Assembly: GCA_023150875.1 (NCBI GenBank)
Contig: JAKLKC010000004.1
Span: forward strand, 15,993 to 79,992
From: Myxococcota bacterium
GTDB taxonomy: Bacteria; Myxococcota_A; UBA796; UBA9615; JAKLKC01
DNA length: 64,000 nucleotides
Direction: 5' to 3'
Below, one piece after another: positions 10,902-20,191 of the stretch. The notes under the pieces were generated by a model, which was not told where the DNA came from, ran no database searches, and saw nothing but the letters and a program-made list of their open reading frames with translations. The stretch's first letter is position 1; each line of letters begins with the position of its first letter. A program made the position numbers and the translations under genes.

Positions 10902-11771
10902 ATGCGCGCGATCCCGACCACCATGATCTACCTGCTCGGCCTCTCCGTCTCGGCGTTCGGTTGCGGGGGCGGAAACGGCGACGACGACGACTCCGCCGCC
11001 ACCGACGACGACACCGCCGACGACGACACCGCCGACGACGACACCGCCGACGATGACACCTCCGCGGCGCCCCTGGTGACCTTCACCGGCTCGGTGCTGG
11101 ACTTCGGCTCCTTCGCCACCCCCGCCGACGTGACCACCCTGACGGTGGCCGTCGCCGATCCCAGCCCCGCCATCGCGGGGGGCGTGCCGGAGGTCCTGGC
11201 GGTCGGCACCCCCGACGCCTCGGGGGCCTTCAGCATCTCCGGCGTGGACGCCGGCGGCGCCACCCTGGGGGTGCTGCTCATCGTCGACGACGCCGCCGAC
11301 GCCTACGTGGCCACCGCCACCGGCGTGCCGGTGTCCTGCTACCAGGGCCTCCCCGACGGAGGCACCTGCGCCGACCGCACCGCGTTCGCCATCACCGCCG
11401 TCGCCCACGGGAGCCTGGTGGCGGGCCTCAACACCGCGGGGTGGGTGGGGACGTCCATCGTCGACGTCGGCAGCTTCGTCGGCTTCGTCCAGGCGGCCGA
11501 CGGGTCCCCCCTCGGCGGCGCCACGGTCAGCGGCACCGGCAGCCCCACCGTCTACTACGCCGACGCCGACCTCTCCAGCAGCCCCAACGACGCCTTCGTC
11601 ACCGGGGTGGACCCCAACGTCGCCACCGACGCCGCCGGCGGCGGCCTGTTCGTGATCCCCGAGGCGGGGATCGGCAGCTACTCGGTGGATCACCCGGACC
11701 ACAGCTTCACCTCCATCACCGCGGGCTCCCAGCCCGGCACCATCCTGATCGTCGCCTTCACCGCCTCCTGA
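10902..11771 (+). CDS. Hypothetical lipoprotein with N-terminal DDDTA repeat tether and beta-rich domains
   Basis: Signal peptide ending SAFGC; DDDDSA(DDDTA)n; GGAGG upstream of the start. Confidence 0.85.
   Translation: MRAIPTTMIYLLGLSVSAFGCGGGNGDDDDSAATDDDTADDDTADDDTADDDTSAAPLVTFTGSVLDFGSFATPADVTTLTVAVADPSPAIAGGVPEVLAVGTPDASGAFSISGVDAGGATLGVLLIVDDAADAYVATATGVPVSCYQGLPDGGTCADRTAFAITAVAHGSLVAGLNTAGWVGTSIVDVGSFVGFVQAADGSPLGGATVSGTGSPTVYYADADLSSSPNDAFVTGVDPNVATDAAGGGLFVIPEAGIGSYSVDHPDHSFTSITAGSQPGTILIVAFTAS
10980..11063 (+). repeat. Coding 15-nt tandem repeat (GACGACGACACCGCC) encoding DDDTA
   Basis: Three near-perfect units plus degenerate flanking units are visible. Confidence 0.9.
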
Positions 11772-11833
11772 CGGACCGCGCCGGGGCACCACCCCCGGTG
11801 CTCGCTCCCCGTCTCCGTGCTAGGTTTCGGGCC

Positions 11834-14800
11834 ATGCACCGGGGCCCGCACCTCCTCCTCGCCACCTCCCTCCTCCTCGCGGGTCCCGCCGGCGCGGCCG
11901 AGCCGTGGGGCTCCTACGCCCAGCTCTCGGGCTCCAACGGGTTCTCTCCTTTCTCGTTCAACGGCGCCGCCGACCTGTCGGGGCGGCCGGCGGCGGCCCT
12001 GGACCAGCTCTGGGCCCACCCGTGGCAGCGGCTCTCCCCGGACGGGCCCGAGGCCCGGGACCTGCTCCACGAGGCCTGCTTCGGCTGGCGGGTCGCCGGC
12101 GCCACGGGCTGGGCCGACGACCCCGCGCGGCTGCTGTCCGCGTCGTACCTGCCCGGCACGGGGATCGTCACCGCCGTCCACGACCTCGGCGAGCTGCGCC
12201 TGACCCAGTACGCCTTCGCCCCCATGGGGGCCGGCGCGCCAGCCCTGGCCCTGCTGGCCCGGGTCGAGAACGTGTCGGGCCGCGACCTGGCGGACGTGTC
12301 GATCTACTCCCTGTTCGACCTGGAGCTGGGCACGGACCGGGGGGACGGCCGGTGGGTGGCCGGCGAGCAGGCGAAGTGGCTCTCGTCCCCCGGGGCCTAC
12401 GTGGAGCAGGGGGCGGGCCGCGCCGCCGCCGCGGTGTACCTGCCCCTGGGGGAGGTCTACGCCCACGGCGCCTCCCCCGAGGACCCCCGGGCCGTCGTGG
12501 AGTCCGGCGACTACTTCCAGGGCACGGCCATCACCGGGGTCCGGGACGACGTGGTGGCCGCCTACGAGTTCCGCCTGGGGGACGGGGGACGGGTCCCCGC
12601 GGGGTCCACCCACTGGGTGGGGGCGCTCATCGCGCCGTCGGACGGGGGGGACGCCGAGGCCCTCGCCGCCGCCGCCGCCGACCTCGCCGCCGACCGGGGT
12701 CCCGAAGCGATCCTCTCGGACGAGCAGGCGTCCTGGGAGCGGTTCCAGGCGGGGATCCCCGCCGTCCCCGGCGCCTCCACGGACCTGGCCGAGGTGCTGG
12801 CCCGGCAGGCGGCCTTCCTGCGGATGTTCCAGGTCCGGGAGCCCGGAGGGCCCTACGGGCAGGTCACCGCCAGCGGCGTCGCCGCGGCGCCGGTGGGGGG
12901 CGGGACCCACGTGTGGAACATCACCTGGCCCCGGGACGCCGCCTACGCCATCGCCGGGATGTCCCGGGCCTGCATGCTGGACGAGGCCCGGGACGCCCTG
13001 GGCTTCTTCTTCGACGGCGAGGCCTCCCTCTACCAGGACTGGGTGGGGCGCCCCTACCTGATCTCGGTGTGCCGGTACACCGGGGACGGCACCGAGGAGA
13101 GCGACTGGAACGCCGACGGCCCCAACATCGAGTACGATGACTTCGGCCTCTTCCTGTGGGCCCTTTCGGAGTACGTGACCCGCTCGGGGGACGAGGAGCT
13201 GCTGCGGGAGCGCTGGGACGCCGTGCGGGACGGGGTCGGGGACGTGCTGCTCTCGCTGGTGGACGACCACGGCCTCGTGGAGCCGGACTCGTCGATCTGG
13301 GAGACCCACTGGTACGGGCGCCAGGCGCACCACACCTACACCTCGGCCTTCGCCGTGGCGGGGCTGCGCCGGGGGGCGGAACTGGCGGACCGGGTGGGGG
13401 ACGGCGAGACCGCCTCCCGGTGGCGGGAGGGCGCCGACGGGATCGCCGCGGCCATCGGCGCGAAGCTGGTGGACCCCGCGACGGGGGTGCTGGCGAGCAA
13501 GCTGGAGGAGCTCCCCCTGGGCCCGGGCGGCTACGTGGACGCCGCGGTGGTGGAGGCGTTCAACCACGACGTGCTGGACCCCGGCGGGGCCGTGGCGGTG
13601 GCGACCCTGGCGGCCTTCGACGAGAGGCTTCGCCTCGCCTCGGGGGGCTACAAACGCAACGACGACGGCGACCTGTACGACGAACACGAGTGGGTGATGA
13701 TCGACCTGCGGATCGCCACCGCCCTGCGCCGCGCCGGGCGCGCGGGCGACGCCCAGGCCCTGCTGGACTGGGTGGTGGGCCAGGCGCGGGCGAACGCGGA
13801 CATCGTGCCCGAGCTGTACGAGCCCACCACCTTCGCATACGCCGGACCCGCGCCGATGATGGGCTTCGGCGCCGGGGCCCTGTGGGTGACCGCCACCGAC
13901 GCCCTGGACCTGGACGCCGACCTCCCCTGCCCGGTGGTCGAGGAGGAGATCCCCCCGGAGGAGGGCGGGGATCCGGCGGGGGAGGGGTGCGGAGACTGCG
14001 GGATGGCGGGCCGCTCGACGGGCCCACCCCTGGGGGTGGCCTTGCTGGCCCTGGCCGCCGCCCTCCGCCGCCGCCCCCGGAGCCTGCCCGCCGCCCTCGC
14101 CGCCGCCGGCCTGGGGCTGGGGGGCTGCACCGAAGAGGCGTCCGACTGCGTGGCCCCGGACGCCCCCACCACCACCGCCGCCGCCATCGACCCCGACGTC
14201 CCCGCCCGGATCTCCTTGTGGGAGGACGGTCTGCCCGGCCACGACGTCACCGTGAGCGCCGCCTCGGGGGATCGGGTGGAGGCGGTGGCGGGGCCGGACG
14301 GCACCCTGGACCTCACCCCCGCCCCGGGCTGGACCGGCACCGACACCGTGCGGGTGACGGTGGCCCGGGCCTGCGCCGCCACCGAGGCCGAGGTCGCCGT
14401 CACCGTGCGCGAGGAGGTGGCCCGCACCTGCGGCACCACCCTGAGCTACACCCCCACGACCCCCGCGGGATCGGTGGCGGTCGCCGGCACCTTCAACGGC
14501 TGGGACCCCGCCGCCACCCTCCTGTCCCGGCGCTCCGACGGCTCGTGGGAGGTCACCCTGGACCTGGAGCCGGGGACCTACGCCTACAAGTTCGTGCTGT
14601 GGAGCGGCGAGGGGGGCACCGGCAGCCAGGGCTGGACCTGCGATCCCGCCGCGTCGATGTGGCAGTGCGACCGCGGGTACTCGTGGTCCGAGGCCTGCCA
14701 GGTGGGGGACGGCGCCTGCAACTCCATGCTCCGGGTGGAGGACTGCCGGGTCCCGGAGGTCCGCCTGGAGTCCCTGTCGGGGGACCGCCAGGGGGGGCGG

Positions 14801-16576
14801 ATCTCGGCGCGGCTGCACCTGCTCCGGGGCGCCGGGCGGGGGGCCCTCTCCCCCGCCTCCCTGGCCGTGACCCTGGGGGGCGAGGACGCCATCCAGCACG
14901 TGACCTGGACGGACGGGGGATCCGCCTCGGGGGTGCGCCTCGCCCTGGACCGGGACGGCCTGCCCCCGGGCAAGCACACCCTCCGGGCGCGGGTGTCCGA
15001 CGAGGCGGGGGGGACCTCGGAGGAGTTCTTCCTGCCCCTGTGGAGCGGCGAGCCCTGGGACTGGCGCCAGGCCGCCCTGTACTACGCCTTCGTTGACCGC
15101 TTCGAGAACGGCGATCCCGGCAACGACGAGACCTACGGCGTCTCGTGGCCCGCGGACTACCACGGCGGCGACTGGGCGGGGGTGCTGGACCGCCTGGACT
15201 ACCTGGAGTCCCTGGGGATCACCGCCCTGTGGCTGAGCCCTCCCCAGGACAACCCCGGGGGGTCCTGGGCCGGCACCTGCGCCGAGCGCTACACCGGCTA
15301 CCACGGCTACTGGCCCGGCGATCCCCACGCCCCCGAGGACCACTTCGGCACCGAGGAGGACCTCGCGGACCTGGTGGACGCCGCCCACGCCCGGGGGATC
15401 CGGGTGCTGGTGGACTACGTGGGCAACCACGTCCACGAGGACCACCCCTACTACGCCGAGCACGCCGCCGACGGCTGGTTCACCGATCCGTGGATCTGCG
15501 GGGAGGACGACGGCTGGAACCAGGCCCCCGAGACGTGCTGGTTCGACTCCTTCCTGCCGGACGTCGACTACTACCGCACCGACACCCTGGACCGCTTCGT
15601 CGAGGACGCCCTGGAGTGGGCGCGCCGCTACGACCTGGACGGCTTCCGCATCGACGCCGTCAAGCACATGCCCCACTCCTTCCACGCCAACCTCCGGGCG
15701 CGGCTGAAGGAGGAGGTGGAGCGCGGGGGGGCGCTGGAGACCGGGCTGGTGGACTCCTTCTACCTGGTGGGGGAGACCTTCACCGGCGACGCCGGGCTGA
15801 TCGGGAGCTACGTCTCGGACACCGAGCTGACCGCGCAGTTCGATTTCCCCTTGTATTACGCCATCTTGCAGGCGTTCGCCCGGTACGAGATCGACCTCGC
15901 CCAGTTCGAGGACGCCGCGGTGGGGCTCCGGGACTACTGGGGCTTCGAGGGGCCCATGTCCAACTTCCTGGGCAACCACGACGTAGACCGCTTCATCGCC
16001 CACGCCTCGGGGCAGGTCGCCAACCTCTGGGGTTCCAACCTGTGCGACGACGACGGTTACGGCTGGCCCGCCCCGGGGATCGCCCCCACCGATCCCACCG
16101 CCTACGACAAGCTGATCCTGGCGTGGAGCTTCCTGTTCACCTGGGAGGGGATCCCGCTGGTCTACTATGGCGACGAGATCGGCCTGCCGGGCTTCCACGA
16201 CCCCGACAACCGCCAGGACATGCGCTTCGACGCCGCCCTCTCCGCCGACCAGGCCCGGGTCCTGGACGCTGTCCGCCGCCTGGGCCAGGGGCGCAAGGCG
16301 CACCCGGCGCTGTGGAAGGGCAACCGGAACACCTGGTGGCGGGGCACCGAAGTGTGGGCCTACGGCCGGGTCCACGGCGACGACGCCGCGCTGGTGGTCC
16401 TCAACCGGGCCTGGGACGGCGCCACCCTGACCAACGGCCTCTCGTGGGCGGGCCTGCCCTTCCTGGGCACCTACCGGGACCTGCTGACCGACGAGACCTT
16501 CAGTCCCGCCGGGGACTCCCTGACCGTCACCCTGGGGGCGCGCCAGGCGAGGGTGCTGGTGTTCGAGCCCCCGTGA
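11834..16576 (+). CDS. 1580-aa fusion: signal peptide, GH15-like glucoamylase, internal MYXO-CTERM-like anchor, lipobox, CBM48, GH13 alpha-amylase
   Basis: WPRDAAY, DSSIWE, PELY (GH15-like); GCGDC..LGVALLALAAALRRR; AAAGLGLGGC; VAGTFNGWD..LEPGTYAYKF (CBM48); GGDWAG, YHGYW, DYVGNH, DGFRIDAVKH, VGE, FLGNHD (GH13). Confidence 0.92.
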   Translation: MHRGPHLLLATSLLLAGPAGAAEPWGSYAQLSGSNGFSPFSFNGAADLSGRPAAALDQLWAHPWQRLSPDGPEARDLLHEACFGWRVAGATGWADDPARLLSASYLPGTGIVTAVHDLGELRLTQYAFAPMGAGAPALALLARVENVSGRDLADVSIYSLFDLELGTDRGDGRWVAGEQAKWLSSPGAYVEQGAGRAAAAVYLPLGEVYAHGASPEDPRAVVESGDYFQGTAITGVRDDVVAAYEFRLGDGGRVPAGSTHWVGALIAPSDGGDAEALAAAAADLAADRGPEAILSDEQASWERFQAGIPAVPGASTDLAEVLARQAAFLRMFQVREPGGPYGQVTASGVAAAPVGGGTHVWNITWPRDAAYAIAGMSRACMLDEARDALGFFFDGEASLYQDWVGRPYLISVCRYTGDGTEESDWNADGPNIEYDDFGLFLWALSEYVTRSGDEELLRERWDAVRDGVGDVLLSLVDDHGLVEPDSSIWETHWYGRQAHHTYTSAFAVAGLRRGAELADRVGDGETASRWREGADGIAAAIGAKLVDPATGVLASKLEELPLGPGGYVDAAVVEAFNHDVLDPGGAVAVATLAAFDERLRLASGGYKRNDDGDLYDEHEWVMIDLRIATALRRAGRAGDAQALLDWVVGQARANADIVPELYEPTTFAYAGPAPMMGFGAGALWVTATDALDLDADLPCPVVEEEIPPEEGGDPAGEGCGDCGMAGRSTGPPLGVALLALAAALRRRPRSLPAALAAAGLGLGGCTEEASDCVAPDAPTTTAAAIDPDVPARISLWEDGLPGHDVTVSAASGDRVEAVAGPDGTLDLTPAPGWTGTDTVRVTVARACAATEAEVAVTVREEVARTCGTTLSYTPTTPAGSVAVAGTFNGWDPAATLLSRRSDGSWEVTLDLEPGTYAYKFVLWSGEGGTGSQGWTCDPAASMWQCDRGYSWSEACQVGDGACNSMLRVEDCRVPEVRLESLSGDRQGGRISARLHLLRGAGRGALSPASLAVTLGGEDAIQHVTWTDGGSASGVRLALDRDGLPPGKHTLRARVSDEAGGTSEEFFLPLWSGEPWDWRQAALYYAFVDRFENGDPGNDETYGVSWPADYHGGDWAGVLDRLDYLESLGITALWLSPPQDNPGGSWAGTCAERYTGYHGYWPGDPHAPEDHFGTEEDLADLVDAAHARGIRVLVDYVGNHVHEDHPYYAEHAADGWFTDPWICGEDDGWNQAPETCWFDSFLPDVDYYRTDTLDRFVEDALEWARRYDLDGFRIDAVKHMPHSFHANLRARLKEEVERGGALETGLVDSFYLVGETFTGDAGLIGSYVSDTELTAQFDFPLYYAILQAFARYEIDLAQFEDAAVGLRDYWGFEGPMSNFLGNHDVDRFIAHASGQVANLWGSNLCDDDGYGWPAPGIAPTDPTAYDKLILAWSFLFTWEGIPLVYYGDEIGLPGFHDPDNRQDMRFDAALSADQARVLDAVRRLGQGRKAHPALWKGNRNTWWRGTEVWAYGRVHGDDAALVVLNRAWDGATLTNGLSWAGLPFLGTYRDLLTDETFSPAGDSLTVTLGARQARVLVFEPP

Positions 16577-16595
16577 CCCCCGGGGCGATCCCTGA

Positions 16596-18449
16596 TCAGG
16601 GCGCGCGGAGCGCCTCCGCCACCCCCTCCGTCACCAGCACCCGCCCCCGCCGCGGCCCCACCGGCACCGAGAGGCTGCCGTCCGCGGCCACGGTGAAGGT
16701 CTCGCCCGAGCCCATGGGGGAGACGTCCACCAGGCGGGTGCCACCGGGGAAGGCGGTGGCCATGTCCCCCCCGCCCATCTCCGTGGCGCTGGTGGAGGAG
16801 GTCCGGGTGTCGTGGACGTTCAGCACCACCAGGGCCGTCTCCCCCTCGTAGGTGCGCTCGAAGGCGAAGATCCCCGCGTCCTGCTCCTCGCCGGTGCGAT
16901 CGCTGCTCCACCTCACGGCGAGGTCCCCGCGGCGCAGCGGCGCCAGGGAGCGGCGCAGGAGGTTCATGTCCCGGATGAGGGCGAAGGTCTCCCCCGTGGT
17001 GTCGAAGCCCGTCTCCCACAGCACCTCGCGGTTGGCGGGGTCGTTGCCGCCGGAGAAGCCCTGCTCCGTGCCGTAGTAGATGCAGGGGATCCCGTCCTCG
17101 GTGAGCAGCAGGAAGAGGGCGCTGTGCAGCGCCGGGACGTCGGGGCGGTCGTAGAGGAACCGCGGGATGTCGTGGTTGTCGATGAAGTTCACCAGGGCGC
17201 GGGAGGGGGGCACCCCGATCCCCCCGGGCTGGGGGGTGGCCCCGTACCGCTCGAAGCGGGCGGTCCACAGCTCCTCGATCTTCCGGGTGCCCGCCCCCCA
17301 CTTCAGCACGTCGTCGAAGACCTGGAACTTCTGGCTGAAGTAGAACACCGAGTCCAGCTCCCCCTCCCGGGTGAAGGCCGCCAGCTCCTCGTCCCGGCCG
17401 TCGAAGGCCTCGCCGAACATGAGGAAGTTCTCCTTGCCCTCCGAGGCGGCGTGCTCGCGGATGGCGGGGCAGAAGGTCTGCCAGAAGCCGTGCTCCACGT
17501 GCTTGAGGGTGTCGATCCGGAAGCCGTCGAAGTCCACGTCGGTGATCCACTGGCCGAAGACGCGGACCAGCGCCTCCCGGACCTCGGGCAGCTCGGTCTT
17601 GAGGTCCTTGAGCCCCCCCGGGAAGTCGCCGGTGAGGAGCTGGTCGTTCTGCTCCACCGGGATGGAGTCCCCCCAGTCCGTCACCCGGCCACGGCCGTGG
17701 TACCAATCCAGGTCCTGGAACTCCTCGGGCAGGGGGGGCACCCGGTTGACCTCGGGCATGTAGATCCAGGTCATGGGAGCCGGGCCCGAGCCGCCGAGGG
17801 AGGTGAAGGCCTGCACCCCGTCGGGGTCGTAGGGCGGGTCGTACTCCGACACCACCCACACCGGGTCCTGGGCCCGGTCGGCGTCGTCCACGTCGCCGTC
17901 CCCGTCGTAGTCGAAGCCCTCCCAGCCCGAGCCGTAGGTGCTGTCGTCGGGCACGCCGTTGCGGTTGATGTCGTAGTAGAAGAGCTGGCCGACGTGGTTG
18001 GTGACGACGTCCAGGATCACCTTCACGTCGCGGTCGTGGCAGCGCTCCACCAGCTCCCGGAGCTTGGCGAGATCGCCGAAGTGGGGGTTGGTGCCGCCGA
18101 AGTCCTGGGTCCAGTACCCGTGGTAGCCGGCGAACCCGGCGTCGGACTCGACGTTGCGGACCACGGGGCTGATCCACAGGGCGGTGACCCCCAGCTCGAC
18201 GATGTAGTCCAGGTGGTCGATGATCCCCTGCCAGTCCCCCCCCTGGTACTGCCCCAGGTCCCCGGGCCTCACCCCCTGGTCGTTGTTGGGATCGCCGTTG
18301 GCGAAGCGGTCGACGATGACCTGGTAGATGACCTCGTCCCGCCAGTCCTCCACCAGGTTCTGGTGGGCGGGCGCGGTCGAGTCGACCCGACACGAGGCCA
18401 GGGAGGCGGCGAGGGCGGCGAGGGCGAGGAGGCGGCGGCGGGGCTTCAC
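16596..18449 (-). CDS. GH13 alpha-amylase family lipoprotein
   Basis: GTG start, KPRRRLLALAALAASLASC lipobox; WRDEVIYQVIVDRF, YHGYW, DVVTNH, DGFRIDTLKH, FGE, FIDNHD; inserted DYDGDGDVDDAD Ca-binding-like loop. Confidence 0.93.
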   Translation of the reverse strand: MKPRRRLLALAALAASLASCRVDSTAPAHQNLVEDWRDEVIYQVIVDRFANGDPNNDQGVRPGDLGQYQGGDWQGIIDHLDYIVELGVTALWISPVVRNVESDAGFAGYHGYWTQDFGGTNPHFGDLAKLRELVERCHDRDVKVILDVVTNHVGQLFYYDINRNGVPDDSTYGSGWEGFDYDGDGDVDDADRAQDPVWVVSEYDPPYDPDGVQAFTSLGGSGPAPMTWIYMPEVNRVPPLPEEFQDLDWYHGRGRVTDWGDSIPVEQNDQLLTGDFPGGLKDLKTELPEVREALVRVFGQWITDVDFDGFRIDTLKHVEHGFWQTFCPAIREHAASEGKENFLMFGEAFDGRDEELAAFTREGELDSVFYFSQKFQVFDDVLKWGAGTRKIEELWTARFERYGATPQPGGIGVPPSRALVNFIDNHDIPRFLYDRPDVPALHSALFLLLTEDGIPCIYYGTEQGFSGGNDPANREVLWETGFDTTGETFALIRDMNLLRRSLAPLRRGDLAVRWSSDRTGEEQDAGIFAFERTYEGETALVVLNVHDTRTSSTSATEMGGGDMATAFPGGTRLVDVSPMGSGETFTVAADGSLSVPVGPRRGRVLVTEGVAEALRAP

Positions 18450-18547
18450 TTCGGGCTCCGGGGGATCGGGGAGCGGCGCGGCCCCGATGATAGACCAGCC
18501 GGCGCCGGGGCGGTCCGCCCAGGGGCGAGGCGGGCGCCGGCCGGGCC

Positions 18548-20191
18548 TCACCGGGGAAGGCGGTCCAGGCGCGGATCCCCGGGCCGGAGGGAGCGGGCGC
18601 GGGCGGCGTGGCGGCGGGCGGCGAGGGGATCCCCCGCGTCGGCGTAGGCCAGGGCCAGGGTGAAGTGGCCGGCGAAGAAGCGGGGGTGGAGGCGGACCGC
18701 CCGGAGGAGCGGCGGGAGGGCCCGATCCGGGCGGTCCGCCTGGAGCCAGGCGTTCCCCACGAGGAGGAGGGCGCGGGGGGAGGGATCCCGCCGCACCGCC
18801 TCCTCGGCGAGGGCCGCCGCCCCCTCGGGCTCCAGCGCCATCAGGGCCGAGGCGCGGTACTGGAGGGCCCGGGCGGGGCGGAGGGCGAGGCGGGCGGCGT
18901 CCCGGAGGAGGGCGGGATCCCCGAGGCGGACCCCCCGGGCCAGCAGGCGGTCCGCCGCCAGGTCCGAGGTGGCCAGGGCCAGCGCCAGGACCGCCGCCGC
19001 GAGCGCCGCGGGCCTCCCCCAGCGGGGGCGAAGCCCGGGGCCCGCCTCCGGCGCCGTCCCCGGCGGCCCCAGGCAGGTCCCCACCGCCAGGCAAGCGAGC
19101 AAGGCGGATCCGGGCTCCCTCAGGACGGGGGACACGGAGCCCAGCACGCCGTAGGCCACCACCGCCGCCCACGCCGGCCCCGGGCGGGGGCGGACCAGCG
19201 CGGCGAGCACGGGGGCGAGCAGGAGGGCGAGGCCCAGGGGGCCGTGCTCCGCGAGGACCTGGAGCCCCTCGTGGTGGGCGTGATCGGCGTTGGTCCACAG
19301 GGCCGCCGCCTCGGGGCGGGCGGCGATCCGGACGGCCTGGGCCTCCAGGAAGGCGGCGTGGAAGGCGCCCGGGCCGGTCCCCAGCGGCAGGGCCCCCCGG
19401 GCCACCTCCCAGGAGATCCCCGCCAGGTGCAGCCGACCGCGGACGTGATCGGCCACGGTGGGCAGCGCCAGGACCCCGAGGGACGCCGCCCCCGCCCCCG
19501 CCGCCAGGGCGACGGCGGCCCTCCGCCCCCCGGGCCGGCACCCGACCCACGCGATCCCCCACGCCGCCGCCCCGGCTCCCGCCGCCACCCGCGCGCCCAG
19601 GCTCCCCGAGGCGACCATCGCCCCCACCTGGAGCGCCGCGGCCGCCCCGAGGGCCAGCCGCTCGCCGGGGCGGCGGCATCCTCCGCGACCCAGCCCCCCC
19701 GCGGTGAGCGCCAGGGTGCCCACCAGGAAGCCCGCCAGCAGGTCGGGGTTCCCGAACGCGCCGCCGGGGACGGCGAGGCCCGGGACCGCCGCCAGCGCCC
19801 CCGCCAGGGCCGCGGGGCGGGCCAGCCCCGGGGTCGCCGGCCCCGGTGAGGCCACGAGGCTCCCCAGCGCCAGCGCGGCGATCCAGCCCGAGTGCGTCAC
19901 CCAGGCGGCCAGCCCCCCACCGGGATCGGCGCTCCCCGGCGCCCGGGCGAGGGCCAGGACCGCCAGCCCCGCCCAGGGCAGCCACCGGCGCGCCGGGACC
20001 GCCCTCGCCCCGGGGAGGAGCGCCACCGCCAGGGGCAGCACCCCCCACGCCAGCCAGGCCCGGACCGCCCCCGCCCGGGCCTGCCCGGGGAGCCAGGCGA
20101 CGGCCAGGGCGACCAGGGCCGCCCCGGCGAGGGCGGCGGGATCGGGTGGGAGGGCGTGGGGGGCCCGGGCCGGCGGGATCCCTCCCCTCAC
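18548..20191 (-). CDS. O-antigen ligase/O-oligosaccharyltransferase-like (Wzy_C) membrane protein with C-terminal TPRs
   Basis: Multiple TM helices; [37 protein letters not shown]-like tail. Confidence 0.8.
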   Translation of the reverse strand: MRGGIPPARAPHALPPDPAALAGAALVALAVAWLPGQARAGAVRAWLAWGVLPLAVALLPGARAVPARRWLPWAGLAVLALARAPGSADPGGGLAAWVTHSGWIAALALGSLVASPGPATPGLARPAALAGALAAVPGLAVPGGAFGNPDLLAGFLVGTLALTAGGLGRGGCRRPGERLALGAAAALQVGAMVASGSLGARVAAGAGAAAWGIAWVGCRPGGRRAAVALAAGAGAASLGVLALPTVADHVRGRLHLAGISWEVARGALPLGTGPGAFHAAFLEAQAVRIAARPEAAALWTNADHAHHEGLQVLAEHGPLGLALLLAPVLAALVRPRPGPAWAAVVAYGVLGSVSPVLREPGSALLACLAVGTCLGPPGTAPEAGPGLRPRWGRPAALAAAVLALALATSDLAADRLLARGVRLGDPALLRDAARLALRPARALQYRASALMALEPEGAAALAEEAVRRDPSPRALLLVGNAWLQADRPDRALPPLLRAVRLHPRFFAGHFTLALAYADAGDPLAARRHAARARSLRPGDPRLDRLPR

